Of a DNA stretch of 64,000 nt, positions 38,722-47,895 are shown in pieces (positions within the stretch are counted from its first letter, which is position 1; each line of letters opens with the position of its first letter). The stretch is taken from assembly GCA_030586555.1 (NCBI GenBank), contig JAURAC010000002.1, positions 32,001 through 96,000 on the forward strand. The letters run 5' to 3'. A program made the translations under genes and the position numbers. The notes under the pieces were generated by a model. That model was not told the origin of the DNA, ran no database searches, and saw only the letters and a list, made by a program, of their open reading frames with translations. The stretch is from Candidatus Subterrananammoxibius californiae (GTDB lineage Bacteria; Planctomycetota; Brocadiia; Brocadiales; Subterrananammoxibiaceae).

Positions 38722-40440
38722 TTAGTGATGTTCCTCATGATGTTCTGTCTCGTGAACCGTGTGCTTTCCAGCCTCCATACCAAGTTCTTTGAGCCTCCTG
38801 TTGATGTATTCAACCTCTTCTACTGGTGCATGGTGCGTATCAAGCCAACCTGGCTCTGGGCAGAGGTCAAATATGGTCTTTCCGGGGAATTCCTTAACTA
38901 TCTTCCAACCGGTAAGATTGTCAAGCCACTCGCCATGTTTCCAGTAATCTTCAGGTACCCAAGTGATACCGACCTTCTTTTCAAGGGCAGCAAGTCTTCT
39001 AATCTTGGTAGAGTCCTCTTTAGCCTTCACAAGCCAACGGTCCATACCAAACGAACCATCGCAGTATGTAGCATCGTTCCATGACATGTGCATCATACCC
39101 TTTGCAACGTATGTCTGCCAGTATGAAACGGCTTCAAAGCAAAGCCTCGTGATATTATCGCAGTTAGACATCCTGAACTCGCCGGATTCACCTTCCTCGC
39201 CTCCAAATTCCTTGCCGTGATATGCGCCGATTTTCAAAGCCCAGATGTGCTGTCCTGACCAGTCAGGCGCAAGGTCCTTTGGCATTGGCTCGGCGATACC
39301 CTCTCTGTAAAGGTCTTCTGCAAGCTGGAACATGTCACGATACTTCATGCTTGCGTCCTTTATAGACTCATCCATAGCCTGCAAAATTTCCCTTGCAAAT
39401 CTTGGTGAGTGGCAGTCGTCGCAAACGGCTATCCATGCGGCTCTCTTTTCTGCCCATATTGGAGCGCCTCGGTCAACCATTGACATAGTCAAGCTCGTGT
39501 AGACCGTGGACAATTTTTGTACGTTGTGATGTCCACCCCTCATGTGGCAATACTGGCAGGTTGGACCAACGTAATCAGCGTCGGCAAGTTTCTTATCAAA
39601 GTCGAACTCTTCCTTGTTCCACTTGTTCGTCTGGTATACTACGCCATGAATTGAGATGTCATAAGCTTCCCAATCCCTATGGTCTTTACCCCAGTGGCAT
39701 GCCTTGCATTGTTCTGAGCGTCTTGCAGTCCCTACTTCGAATTGATGTCTCTGGTGGCATGTGCTGCATCTTTCTTCTGCGCTCGTGTGGCAGAAAACGC
39801 AACCAGCGGTATCCCCTGGCGGCCTTTCAATTGACCATGCGCATTCTACCTGTGCAAAGCTCGAACAAGAAGCGTGTGAACCAATACCGCCCTGGGACTG
39901 TTCATTGTACTGCTGTTCGTGGCAATCCTCCGTACCACAAGCCTTTGAACTGGGCATTATAAGCTTCTGGTGGTTATTACCATGGCAGGAATCGCAGCCT
40001 GTCGGACGTGGCTCAACGGTAGCGTGCCTGCTCTTTTTCCAGTCCCTGACTATTCCAGGTGTCAACACCTCATGGCATCCAAGACATTCTGTGAGTTTAA
40101 AAACACCCTTTATTGGGTTTGGAGGCCTGAGATGGTCCGGGTTGTACATTGCATCAGGGATATAATACCTGTATGCGGGAAGTGTTCGATAGAACTTGCC
40201 GTATTTGCCTGGCCATGGCGGTCCATCTTTTGGAGCGCCCATGTATTTTGCTCTCAAACCAGAAAAGAATACCTTTCCTGAATTGTCTGGTTCTCCAGGC
40301 ATGCCGTAAACTTCGTGTGGTACCCAGTGGGTTATAATTTCAACGGCTTGACATTCCTTTTTCACAACCCCGCTGGATGCAAAAAATGAACCTAAACCAA
40401 CTACTCCTATAATTAATAATACTTTTAATGTCTTACTCAT
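38722..40440 (-). CDS. hdh: Hydrazine dehydrogenase (HDH/HZO), octaheme HAO family
   Basis: Signal peptide, then VEIITHWVPHEVYGMPGEPDNSGKVFFSGL as in characterised anammox HDH; 7 CxxCH plus CGTEDCH; WNDATY crosslink Tyr; His-rich tail. Confidence 0.95.
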   Translation of the reverse strand: MSKTLKVLLIIGVVGLGSFFASSGVVKKECQAVEIITHWVPHEVYGMPGEPDNSGKVFFSGLRAKYMGAPKDGPPWPGKYGKFYRTLPAYRYYIPDAMYNPDHLRPPNPIKGVFKLTECLGCHEVLTPGIVRDWKKSRHATVEPRPTGCDSCHGNNHQKLIMPSSKACGTEDCHEQQYNEQSQGGIGSHASCSSFAQVECAWSIERPPGDTAGCVFCHTSAEERCSTCHQRHQFEVGTARRSEQCKACHWGKDHRDWEAYDISIHGVVYQTNKWNKEEFDFDKKLADADYVGPTCQYCHMRGGHHNVQKLSTVYTSLTMSMVDRGAPIWAEKRAAWIAVCDDCHSPRFAREILQAMDESIKDASMKYRDMFQLAEDLYREGIAEPMPKDLAPDWSGQHIWALKIGAYHGKEFGGEEGESGEFRMSNCDNITRLCFEAVSYWQTYVAKGMMHMSWNDATYCDGSFGMDRWLVKAKEDSTKIRRLAALEKKVGITWVPEDYWKHGEWLDNLTGWKIVKEFPGKTIFDLCPEPGWLDTHHAPVEEVEYINRRLKELGMEAGKHTVHETEHHEEHH

Positions 40441-40689
40441 GGTTATGTTATATTCCCTCCTTTCAAATTAGCGCCTAAGTAGCTTTAGTTTTATCGTTGT
40501 TATGTTGTGCGCTAAAATCTACTTGTTCTCCACTTACCGTTACGCTCTGCGTCACAATTGGCACACTGAGAGTTCCGTATACTTCTTAACCAACCAACCA
40601 CCTCCTTTCTCACACCAAAACTGTCTAACTAAATTCAAGAAAGCTATTTCTCGGTTAATAGTGTACTTCTACATCTCTGAAGATTCAGT

Positions 40690-40717
40690 ATTATAACCAT
40701 GTACAAAAAAAAGTCAA
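40690..40717 (-). promoter_or_regulatory. sigma70-type promoter of hdh
   Basis: Minus strand TTGACT-16 bp-TATAAT about 250 bp upstream of the hdh ATG. Confidence 0.55.
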
Positions 40718-40829
40718 TATAAAAAAGTTAATTTTTTTGAGAAATCTCGTGCTGAGTCTTAACTAACGAAATCTTCTATACTTCTAACAATCATCACAAC
40801 AAACTTTTTCACCGTTAAGTTGAGCTTTG

Positions 40830-42215
40830 TCAACAAACCCTCTTAAACCTTGCCTGAAAGTGTCTAAGGAATCTGGGTTCGTACGTAAATGCCAAACCTT
40901 TTATATTTTCACGTCTATTATATATTCTGCCAAATATCTGGGCTACATAAAGTAAGTGCTCTGTTGTATAAACCCTTCGAGGGATTGCCAATCTTGTTAA
41001 TTCAAGTCTCGGTAAAATATTCTTCCCTGTATCGGGGTCTCTACCAGCAAGCAAGGTACCCACTTCAACTGCCCTTACACCGCCTTCAATGTACGCCTCG
41101 ACACAAAGCGTATGGGAAGGAAACTCTTCTTGGGCAATATGTGGAAGGAATGCCCTGCCGTCAATAAATACGGCGTGCCCTCCAATAGGTTTTAAGATAG
41201 GAACCTTTCTTTTTTCTAATTCCTCACCAAGATACCGTACCTTTTCGATACTGTACCTCAGGTATTCTTCATCTGAACCCTCGTGCAATCCGACAGCCAC
41301 CGCCTCCATATCCTTTGCGCTTATCCCGCCGTAAGTAGGAAAGCCCTCAACGGCAATCCCAACCTGGGCAAGCTGCTTATAAAGTTCGTAATCCCTTACA
41401 GCCACGAAACCGCCCATGTTTACAATTGCATCCTTTTTGGCGCTCATAGCGCATCCATCAGCTAAAGACATCATTTCGCGCACAATCTCTATGATGGATT
41501 TGTCCTTATAGCCTCTCTCCCTTTCCTTTATAAAATAGGCGTTCTCAAAACACCTTGCGGCATCATAAAAAAGCCTGAGCTTATATTTATCTGTAACAGC
41601 TTTTACCTCCTTCATATTTTTGAGGGAGACAGGCTGACCGCCACCGCTATTGCACGTAATAGTAATAAGCACATAAGGTATTCTTTCTGGCTTGTATTTT
41701 TCAATGCAGGCTAAAAGTTTTTTTATATCCACATTACCCTTAAAATCGTGATGTACGTAGGGGTCGTACACCTCATCAATTGTGCAATCAATGGGCTTGC
41801 CACCTGTTCTTCTTATATTCTCTATTGTGGTATCAAAGTGCATATTCCCGGGCACAAAATCACCCCTTTTTACCAATACCTCATCAAGGACATGTTCTGC
41901 CCCCCTGCCTTGATGGGTAGGAAGCACATGTTCAAAGCCAAATAATTCCTGAATGGATTGCTTCATTCTGGCAAAGCTCTTGCTGCCTGCATAAGCCACG
42001 TCTGCAAGCATCAGTGCGCTCCACTGCTCCTGGCTCATTGCGCCGGTACCACTATCGGTAAGTAAATCGATATAAACATCTTCCGATTGAAGCAAAAAAG
42101 GATTCAGTCCTGCCGCCTCGATTTTTCTTATCCGTTCCGCCTTTGAAATCAGCCTTATTGGCTCAACCATTTTAATCTTAAAAGGTATAAATTTTAATAA
42201 ATCCTCTTGCATCAT
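40830..42215 (-). CDS. tnaA: Tryptophanase (beta-eliminating lyase)
   Basis: IDLLTDSGT, HQGRGAE, SAKKD PLP-Lys; FDTT and LRHF are TnaA-type rather than TPL-type (FTTT, LRFF). Confidence 0.82.
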   Translation of the reverse strand: MMQEDLLKFIPFKIKMVEPIRLISKAERIRKIEAAGLNPFLLQSEDVYIDLLTDSGTGAMSQEQWSALMLADVAYAGSKSFARMKQSIQELFGFEHVLPTHQGRGAEHVLDEVLVKRGDFVPGNMHFDTTIENIRRTGGKPIDCTIDEVYDPYVHHDFKGNVDIKKLLACIEKYKPERIPYVLITITCNSGGGQPVSLKNMKEVKAVTDKYKLRLFYDAARCFENAYFIKERERGYKDKSIIEIVREMMSLADGCAMSAKKDAIVNMGGFVAVRDYELYKQLAQVGIAVEGFPTYGGISAKDMEAVAVGLHEGSDEEYLRYSIEKVRYLGEELEKRKVPILKPIGGHAVFIDGRAFLPHIAQEEFPSHTLCVEAYIEGGVRAVEVGTLLAGRDPDTGKNILPRLELTRLAIPRRVYTTEHLLYVAQIFGRIYNRRENIKGLAFTYEPRFLRHFQARFKRVC

Positions 42216-42317
42216 TATCTCCTTATAGTTACAAGTACGTGAAAATTATAACAAATCTAACAGGATGCACAAAGAGAAATTATAATAATGGAGGGTATAA
42301 AGGAAGGATTTCTTACA

Positions 42318-42430
42318 ACAAAATGAGCACAGGTTAAATATAACGCATTCACGCTTTAATATTTAGCCTGTGCTCTTTGGGGTTGAAGTGTGTCGAAGAA
42401 AGGAGGAGAAATCACACCTCTTCAACCCCT
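42318..42430 (-). ncRNA. Candidate ~110-nt small RNA with an anti-Shine-Dalgarno loop
   Basis: TTGCAA-17-TATAAT promoter (42435-42463), hairpin 42379-42429 with a UUUCUCCUCCUUUC loop, second hairpin 42325-42375 plus U-rich tail. Confidence 0.5.
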
Positions 42431-42631
42431 AATGATTATAGCACATTTTTATCATCTTTGCAAATTACCATTTACGTTGGTTCAACCCTGCGTCGTTGTA
42501 GGAGTTTGATTTATCAAACCTGCCTGAGGCGGGTCAAACCCTAATTTATTGGGCACGATACCCCGAACTTGATTCAGGGGTGCCCCTACATTTTTCCGAA
42601 AAAGTGAGTGCATTTAAATTTATAAAATGGT

Positions 42632-43390
42632 ATGATTCGGGTCATGAAGGTATATTTTATTGGCGCAGGACCCGGCGACCCGGAACTTATGACAATAAAA
42701 GGTAAAAAGGCTATTGAGCAGGCTGGTTACTGCATCTACGCAGGCTCGCTTGTTAGTAAAGAGATATTGCATTATGCACGTCCAGACGCAAAGCTTTACG
42801 ATTCCTCAAGGATGCCGTTAGAAGAACAACTCTCCATTATAGCGCAAGCAAAGAGCGTAAACGAAGACGTGGCAAGGATACACTCTGGCGACCCTACGAT
42901 TTATGGGGCAATTCAGGAACAGATGCGTACCCTTGATGAAATGGGCATCACGTACGAGGTTATCCCCGGCGTTAGTTCCTTTACAGCCTCGGCAGCGGCG
43001 CTTAAACAGGAGTTGACCCTTCCGGGCGTCTCCCAGACAATAATTCTTACAAGATTAGAAGGGAATACGCCTGTGCCAGAAGATGAATCGCTCGATAAGC
43101 TCGCCGCTTCAAAAGCCACGATGTGCATATTTCTGAGCGCTGACCGTATTATGGACGTAGCCTCAAAGCTTATACCATCCTACGGCGCAGACTGTCCTGC
43201 TGCCATTGTATATAAGGCAAGCTCCAAAGATGAAAGGATTATTCGGTCATCCCTTTCTCAAATATCTGAAAAGGTTGCGCAGAGCGGCATTAAGAAGACT
43301 GCATTAATAATAGTTGGGCAGGTGCTGGAAAAAAATTTTGATAGGTCGAAACTTTATAGTAAGGAATTTATAAATGAAAATAAGTCATAA
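42632..43390 (+). CDS. cobM: Precorrin-4 C11-methyltransferase (CobM/CbiF)
   Basis: IGAGPGDPEL, YAGSLV, HSGDP.IYGAI.EQ, ELT.P.VSQT.I, S.LY. Confidence 0.92.
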   Translation: MIRVMKVYFIGAGPGDPELMTIKGKKAIEQAGYCIYAGSLVSKEILHYARPDAKLYDSSRMPLEEQLSIIAQAKSVNEDVARIHSGDPTIYGAIQEQMRTLDEMGITYEVIPGVSSFTASAAALKQELTLPGVSQTIILTRLEGNTPVPEDESLDKLAASKATMCIFLSADRIMDVASKLIPSYGADCPAAIVYKASSKDERIIRSSLSQISEKVAQSGIKKTALIIVGQVLEKNFDRSKLYSKEFINENKS

Positions 43391-44495
43391 GTTATGGGTT
43401 ATGGGTTATAGGTCGTGGGTCATTGGGTTATTGGTTATTTTTTTACCTGTCACCTATTACCTATTGCCTACCACCCAAATTACACATGCGCAAGAACCCG
43501 ACGGAAAGAAAGGGGTAAGAATTGTTACTGCGGTCCCCGTCAAGGTGCAGGACGTAGATTATGAGGTCGAAATTACAGGAACAATGCTTCCGGAAAATGA
43601 CGTTGACGTAAGCGCAGAGGTCGAGGCAAGGATTAAGGGTATTCGCTTTGAAGAAGGCGACAAGGTTAAAGAGGGAGATTTGTTAGTAGAACTCGATGAT
43701 GAAAGGTATCGGCTTGAGGTATTAGAGAGTGAAGCAGCGATGAAAAAGACAGAAGCAGATTTGGAAAATGCCCGGAAAATAGAGGCAAGAAAGAAAAAGC
43801 TCTATCAAGATAACGTTATCTCCAATCAGGAATATGACGATGCAGTAACACAGCTACACGTAGCCAAGGCAACCCTTGAAAACGCCATCGCTACATTGAA
43901 CTTAAAGAAAAAAGACCTTAAGGACACAAAGATATTTGCCCCCATTTCAGGGATTATAAGTGAAAAAATTGTTGACGTTGGAGAGTACGTCGAGGTAGCT
44001 GATAAGCTTTTAAACATTGTCAAGATTAACCCAATAAAAGCATTATTTTATCTACCAGAAAAATATGCCGCTGAGGTTGTGCCAGGGAAAACCGCCACGA
44101 TGAGGATTGATGCCTACCCAAATGAAGTGTTCACAGGAGAGGTCTATTTTGTTAATCCCAAGGTAAAGGTCGAAACCCGCCGCATTGCCTGCTGCGCCCG
44201 CATTGACAATCCTGAAGGGAAGCTAATGCCGGGGTTCTTTGTTAGTGCACGATTTGTCGCCGAAAGGCTAAAGGATGCCATTATTATCCCCGAAGAAGCT
44301 ATACTCCATGAAGGTGGCGCAAGCTTCTGTTTTATAGTCGAGGATGGAATAGCAAAGCAGGTGTACCTTACAATCGGCTGGAGACTAAAAGGCGGCGAGG
44401 TGGTAATACTGAAGGGATTAACAAAAGAAAACCGTGTAGTCATAAGAGGACAGTACGTCCTTACGGATGGCGACTTAGTTAAAATGGAAGAATAA
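43374..44495 (+). CDS. RND efflux periplasmic adaptor (MFP)
   Basis: F.EGD.VK.G..L, I.AP.SG, L.PG.F motifs. Confidence 0.9.
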   Translation: MKISHKLWVMGYRSWVIGLLVIFLPVTYYLLPTTQITHAQEPDGKKGVRIVTAVPVKVQDVDYEVEITGTMLPENDVDVSAEVEARIKGIRFEEGDKVKEGDLLVELDDERYRLEVLESEAAMKKTEADLENARKIEARKKKLYQDNVISNQEYDDAVTQLHVAKATLENAIATLNLKKKDLKDTKIFAPISGIISEKIVDVGEYVEVADKLLNIVKINPIKALFYLPEKYAAEVVPGKTATMRIDAYPNEVFTGEVYFVNPKVKVETRRIACCARIDNPEGKLMPGFFVSARFVAERLKDAIIIPEEAILHEGGASFCFIVEDGIAKQVYLTIGWRLKGGEVVILKGLTKENRVVIRGQYVLTDGDLVKMEE

Positions 44496-44565
44496 AATTT
44501 GAGCTCATAGCTAATAGCTATGAGCTACGAGCTATGACCCCGTATTTAATACGGGGTGAGCTATT

Positions 44566-47500
44566 ATGTTTCTACCTGAACTATCAATAAAAAAGCCCAT
44601 CTTCTGCACAATGATGATAGCCACTATTGTTGTCTTTGGCGTCCTTGGCTACCAGAGACTCGGTGTAGATGAATATCCTAAGGTTGACTATCCCTACGTT
44701 ACCGTTACCACAACCCTTCGTGGCGCAAGTCCTGAGGTAATGGATGCGGATGTGACTGACCCTATTGAGGAGGAGATTAATACAATTCAGGGTATTAGAA
44801 ACCTTACCTCTGCAAGTTCAGAAGGCGTGTCAGTTGTAACTGTTGAATTTGAACTCGACAGGGATATTGATGCCGCTGCGCAGGATGTAAGGGATAAGGT
44901 TTCAGTTGCAAGGGGTAAACTACCGAAGGATATAGACCCTCCCGTTGTGGACAAGGAGGACCCCCAGGCGCAGCCTATAATGTGGCTTGCCGTATCGGGC
45001 AACAGACCCCTCAGGGAGATAAGCGACTATGCCCATTACGACCTTAAACCAAAATTTGAGGTGCTCACGGGAGTCGGTTCCATACGGGAAGGTGGTATAC
45101 GACAAAGGGCAATAAGAATCTGGCTTGAGGTAAATAAGTTAGAGGCATTTCAGGTTACAGTCAGCGATGTTATTGAAGCCCTTCAAAAAAAACACATAGA
45201 AGTACCCTCGGGAAGGATTGAAAGCTCGGCAATAGAATTTTCTGTAAAAACCGAAGGGGAATTTTCAACCGCTGAGGCTTTTAACGACCTGATAATAGTT
45301 TATCGAGAAGGGGCGCCTGTTAAATTATCTGACGTTGGCTATGCCGAGGACGGCATGGAGGATAAAAGGCTTGTCGCTCGTTACCGTGAAACGCCCGGCG
45401 TTATTGAACCTGCTGTGGGGCTTGGGATTAAACGTCAATCCGACGCTAACACCGTCGCAGTGGCAGACGGGGTAAAAAAGGTCTTTGCTGACATTAGGAA
45501 GAGACTACGCGCAGGCATCCGTCTGGATATAGCAATGGATGTTTCACGTTTCATCATAGAATCCATTAAGGAGGTTCAATTTGCAATTATTCTCGGCAGT
45601 ATTCTTGCAAGCGTAGTTGTTCTGTTCTTCCTGAGAAATTTACGCAGCACATTTATTATAGCCCTTGCAATTCCAACATCGTTTCTCGGCACCTTTGCCG
45701 CAATGTATTTCCTTGGATTTACGCTCAACAATATGACTCTTCTTGCCCTGAGTCTTGCCGTAGGGGAGGTTGTGGACGATGCTATTATTGTACTTGAAAA
45801 TTCATTCCGACATCTCGAGGAAGGTGAAGATAGGCTTACCGCTTCACGAAGCGGCATCAGTGAGATTGTTTTTGCAGTCATAACATCAACGGTTGCCCTG
45901 GTTGCAGTATTTGTACCCATAGCCTTCATGAAGGGTATTGTAGGTAGATTCTTCCTTGAGTTTGGTCTTACCATCTCAATAGCTTTAATATTTTCCATGT
46001 TTGTAGCGCTTACCCTTACCCCGATGCTGTGCTCAAGGTGGTTGAGGCTCCCAAAAAAAGAAAGAAAGGTATTCAAGTTGTCAGAAAGCATGTTTTTGCG
46101 TACAGAATCAATTTATAGGCGTACATTGGAAATAGCGTTACGTCACCGCTTTCTGGTTGTCGTCATAGCAGTAGCAAGCTTTGCGGTTGCCATGGTAACG
46201 TGGCGGTCACTTGGCAAGGAATTAGTCCCCTCGGAAGACCAGAGCCAGTTCATGGTTGTCATAAAGACTCCTGTAGGTTCTTCCATAGATTATACAGACA
46301 GCATCCTTCATAAGTGTGAAGGGGTCATGGACGGACTGCCAGAGATACGGTCTTTCTTTGCTGCCTCTGGATTTGGCGGTGTGAATAAAGGCGTTATGTT
46401 CGTACACATGACCCCAAAGAATGAACGTACACGCACACAGCAAGAGGTTATGAATTACTTAAGGGGCAGGTTCGCACAGATACCAGGGGCATTAATCTTT
46501 CCACTTGATTTAACTCGGACTTTTGGCGCACGGCGCGGTGCGCCGCTTGAATTTTCGATAGCAGGACCAGACCTCAACACCCTCGCACGACTAACGGAGA
46601 CGTTTATACGAAGGTTGTCCTCAATACCGGGCATAATAGATGTTGATACAGACCTCGAACTGGGGCGTCCAGAGGTAAGAGCCTGTATTGACCGAAATAA
46701 GGCTGCTGATTTAGGCATTGACGTGGCTACAATTGGCAATACCATACGTGCATTGGTTGGGGGCCTCGATGTGGTAAAGTTTAAGAGCGAAGGGAAAAGG
46801 TACGACGTAATTGTCAGACTGGTTCGGGAAGAGAGGGATGTACCTTTTGATATTAGTCGTCTTTTAACACGTAATCTGGATGGGAATATTATTTCGCTTA
46901 GTGACATGGTGGACATCAAGGAAACAGTAGGACTAAATACTATAAACAGACGCAACCGCCAGCGGTCTGCAACCATTTCTGCCAACCTTGAACCCACTAA
47001 GCCGCTCGGGACTGCTTTAATGGATATAAACAAGCTTGTAGAAGAAATCCTTCCACAAGACTATACACTGTCCTTATCCGGCAAGGCTGAAACATTCAGA
47101 GAATCCTACACGAGTTTGCTTTTTGCCCTCTTTTTATCAATCATCATCTCGTATATTGTGCTCGCATCGCTTTTTGAAAGCTTTTTACACCCATTCACCG
47201 TGATGTTAGCGGTTCCATTAAGTATCTTCGGGGCATTTGGAATCCTGTGGCTGACTGGCAATACCATTAACGTTTTTAGTATGATTGGCGTCATCCTGCT
47301 TATGGGACTTGTTACAAAGAATTCAATACTCCTCGTTGATTACACGAATACGTTACGAAAACGCGGGCTTGAGAGAAACGATGCAGTGCTTACAGCCTCT
47401 CCAATTAGGCTAAGGCCTATACTCATGACAGCCATCTCAACAATTTTAGGGGTGCTTCCAGTTGCATTGGGTATCGGGCCCGGCGCCGAGAGCAGGGCTC

Positions 47501-47673
47501 CGATGGCAATTGCAACGGCAGGTGGCATGTTTGCCTCCATGATGCTTACCCTGATAGTTGTCCCTGTATTTTACACCCTTTTTGATGACTTCGTTAACAA
47601 GGTATTCCGCCGTGCCAGAAAAAAAACTCCTGTGGTAAGAGAGAAAAATCGGGAAGAGGTCTATGCAAAATAA
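44566..47673 (+). CDS. RND efflux permease (AcrB/MdtC family)
   Basis: VVDDAII..EN, KNSILLVDY, RLRPILMT. Confidence 0.95.
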   Translation: MFLPELSIKKPIFCTMMIATIVVFGVLGYQRLGVDEYPKVDYPYVTVTTTLRGASPEVMDADVTDPIEEEINTIQGIRNLTSASSEGVSVVTVEFELDRDIDAAAQDVRDKVSVARGKLPKDIDPPVVDKEDPQAQPIMWLAVSGNRPLREISDYAHYDLKPKFEVLTGVGSIREGGIRQRAIRIWLEVNKLEAFQVTVSDVIEALQKKHIEVPSGRIESSAIEFSVKTEGEFSTAEAFNDLIIVYREGAPVKLSDVGYAEDGMEDKRLVARYRETPGVIEPAVGLGIKRQSDANTVAVADGVKKVFADIRKRLRAGIRLDIAMDVSRFIIESIKEVQFAIILGSILASVVVLFFLRNLRSTFIIALAIPTSFLGTFAAMYFLGFTLNNMTLLALSLAVGEVVDDAIIVLENSFRHLEEGEDRLTASRSGISEIVFAVITSTVALVAVFVPIAFMKGIVGRFFLEFGLTISIALIFSMFVALTLTPMLCSRWLRLPKKERKVFKLSESMFLRTESIYRRTLEIALRHRFLVVVIAVASFAVAMVTWRSLGKELVPSEDQSQFMVVIKTPVGSSIDYTDSILHKCEGVMDGLPEIRSFFAASGFGGVNKGVMFVHMTPKNERTRTQQEVMNYLRGRFAQIPGALIFPLDLTRTFGARRGAPLEFSIAGPDLNTLARLTETFIRRLSSIPGIIDVDTDLELGRPEVRACIDRNKAADLGIDVATIGNTIRALVGGLDVVKFKSEGKRYDVIVRLVREERDVPFDISRLLTRNLDGNIISLSDMVDIKETVGLNTINRRNRQRSATISANLEPTKPLGTALMDINKLVEEILPQDYTLSLSGKAETFRESYTSLLFALFLSIIISYIVLASLFESFLHPFTVMLAVPLSIFGAFGILWLTGNTINVFSMIGVILLMGLVTKNSILLVDYTNTLRKRGLERNDAVLTASPIRLRPILMTAISTILGVLPVALGIGPGAESRAPMAIATAGGMFASMMLTLIVVPVFYTLFDDFVNKVFRRARKKTPVVREKNREEVYAK

Positions 47674-47798
47674 ATAGAAGGGTAAAACCTCCCCTTTAAC
47701 CCCTCCCTGCCAAGCCCGCCTGCCATCTGCCATGCCATGTCGGCATGACGTGGTCGGGCAGGGAGGGGGTTGAGGGGTGGTTGTTTTACCCCCATTAA

Positions 47799-47829
47799 GC
47801 ACGGACAAACGAGTTTGTCCATGCCACCC
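47799..47829. repeat. GCACGGACAAAC...TTGTCCATGCCACCC hairpin family (representative)
   Basis: Other copies at about 14442, 23485, 27935, 35576 and 35628. Confidence 0.85.
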
Positions 47830-47895
47830 TTCAGCCCTCAGCTCTCAGCCTTACTTATATGCACACAAAATTCACACCATTTTTCTTCTCGCTAA

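Noticed and set aside
40830..42215. Tyrosine phenol-lyase assignment
   Set aside because: FDTT, SAKKD and LRHF match tryptophanase-type residues.
42431..42631. Cobalamin riboswitch upstream of cobM
   Set aside because: No B12-box-like sequence was recognised; the region is a promoter plus a REP doublet.
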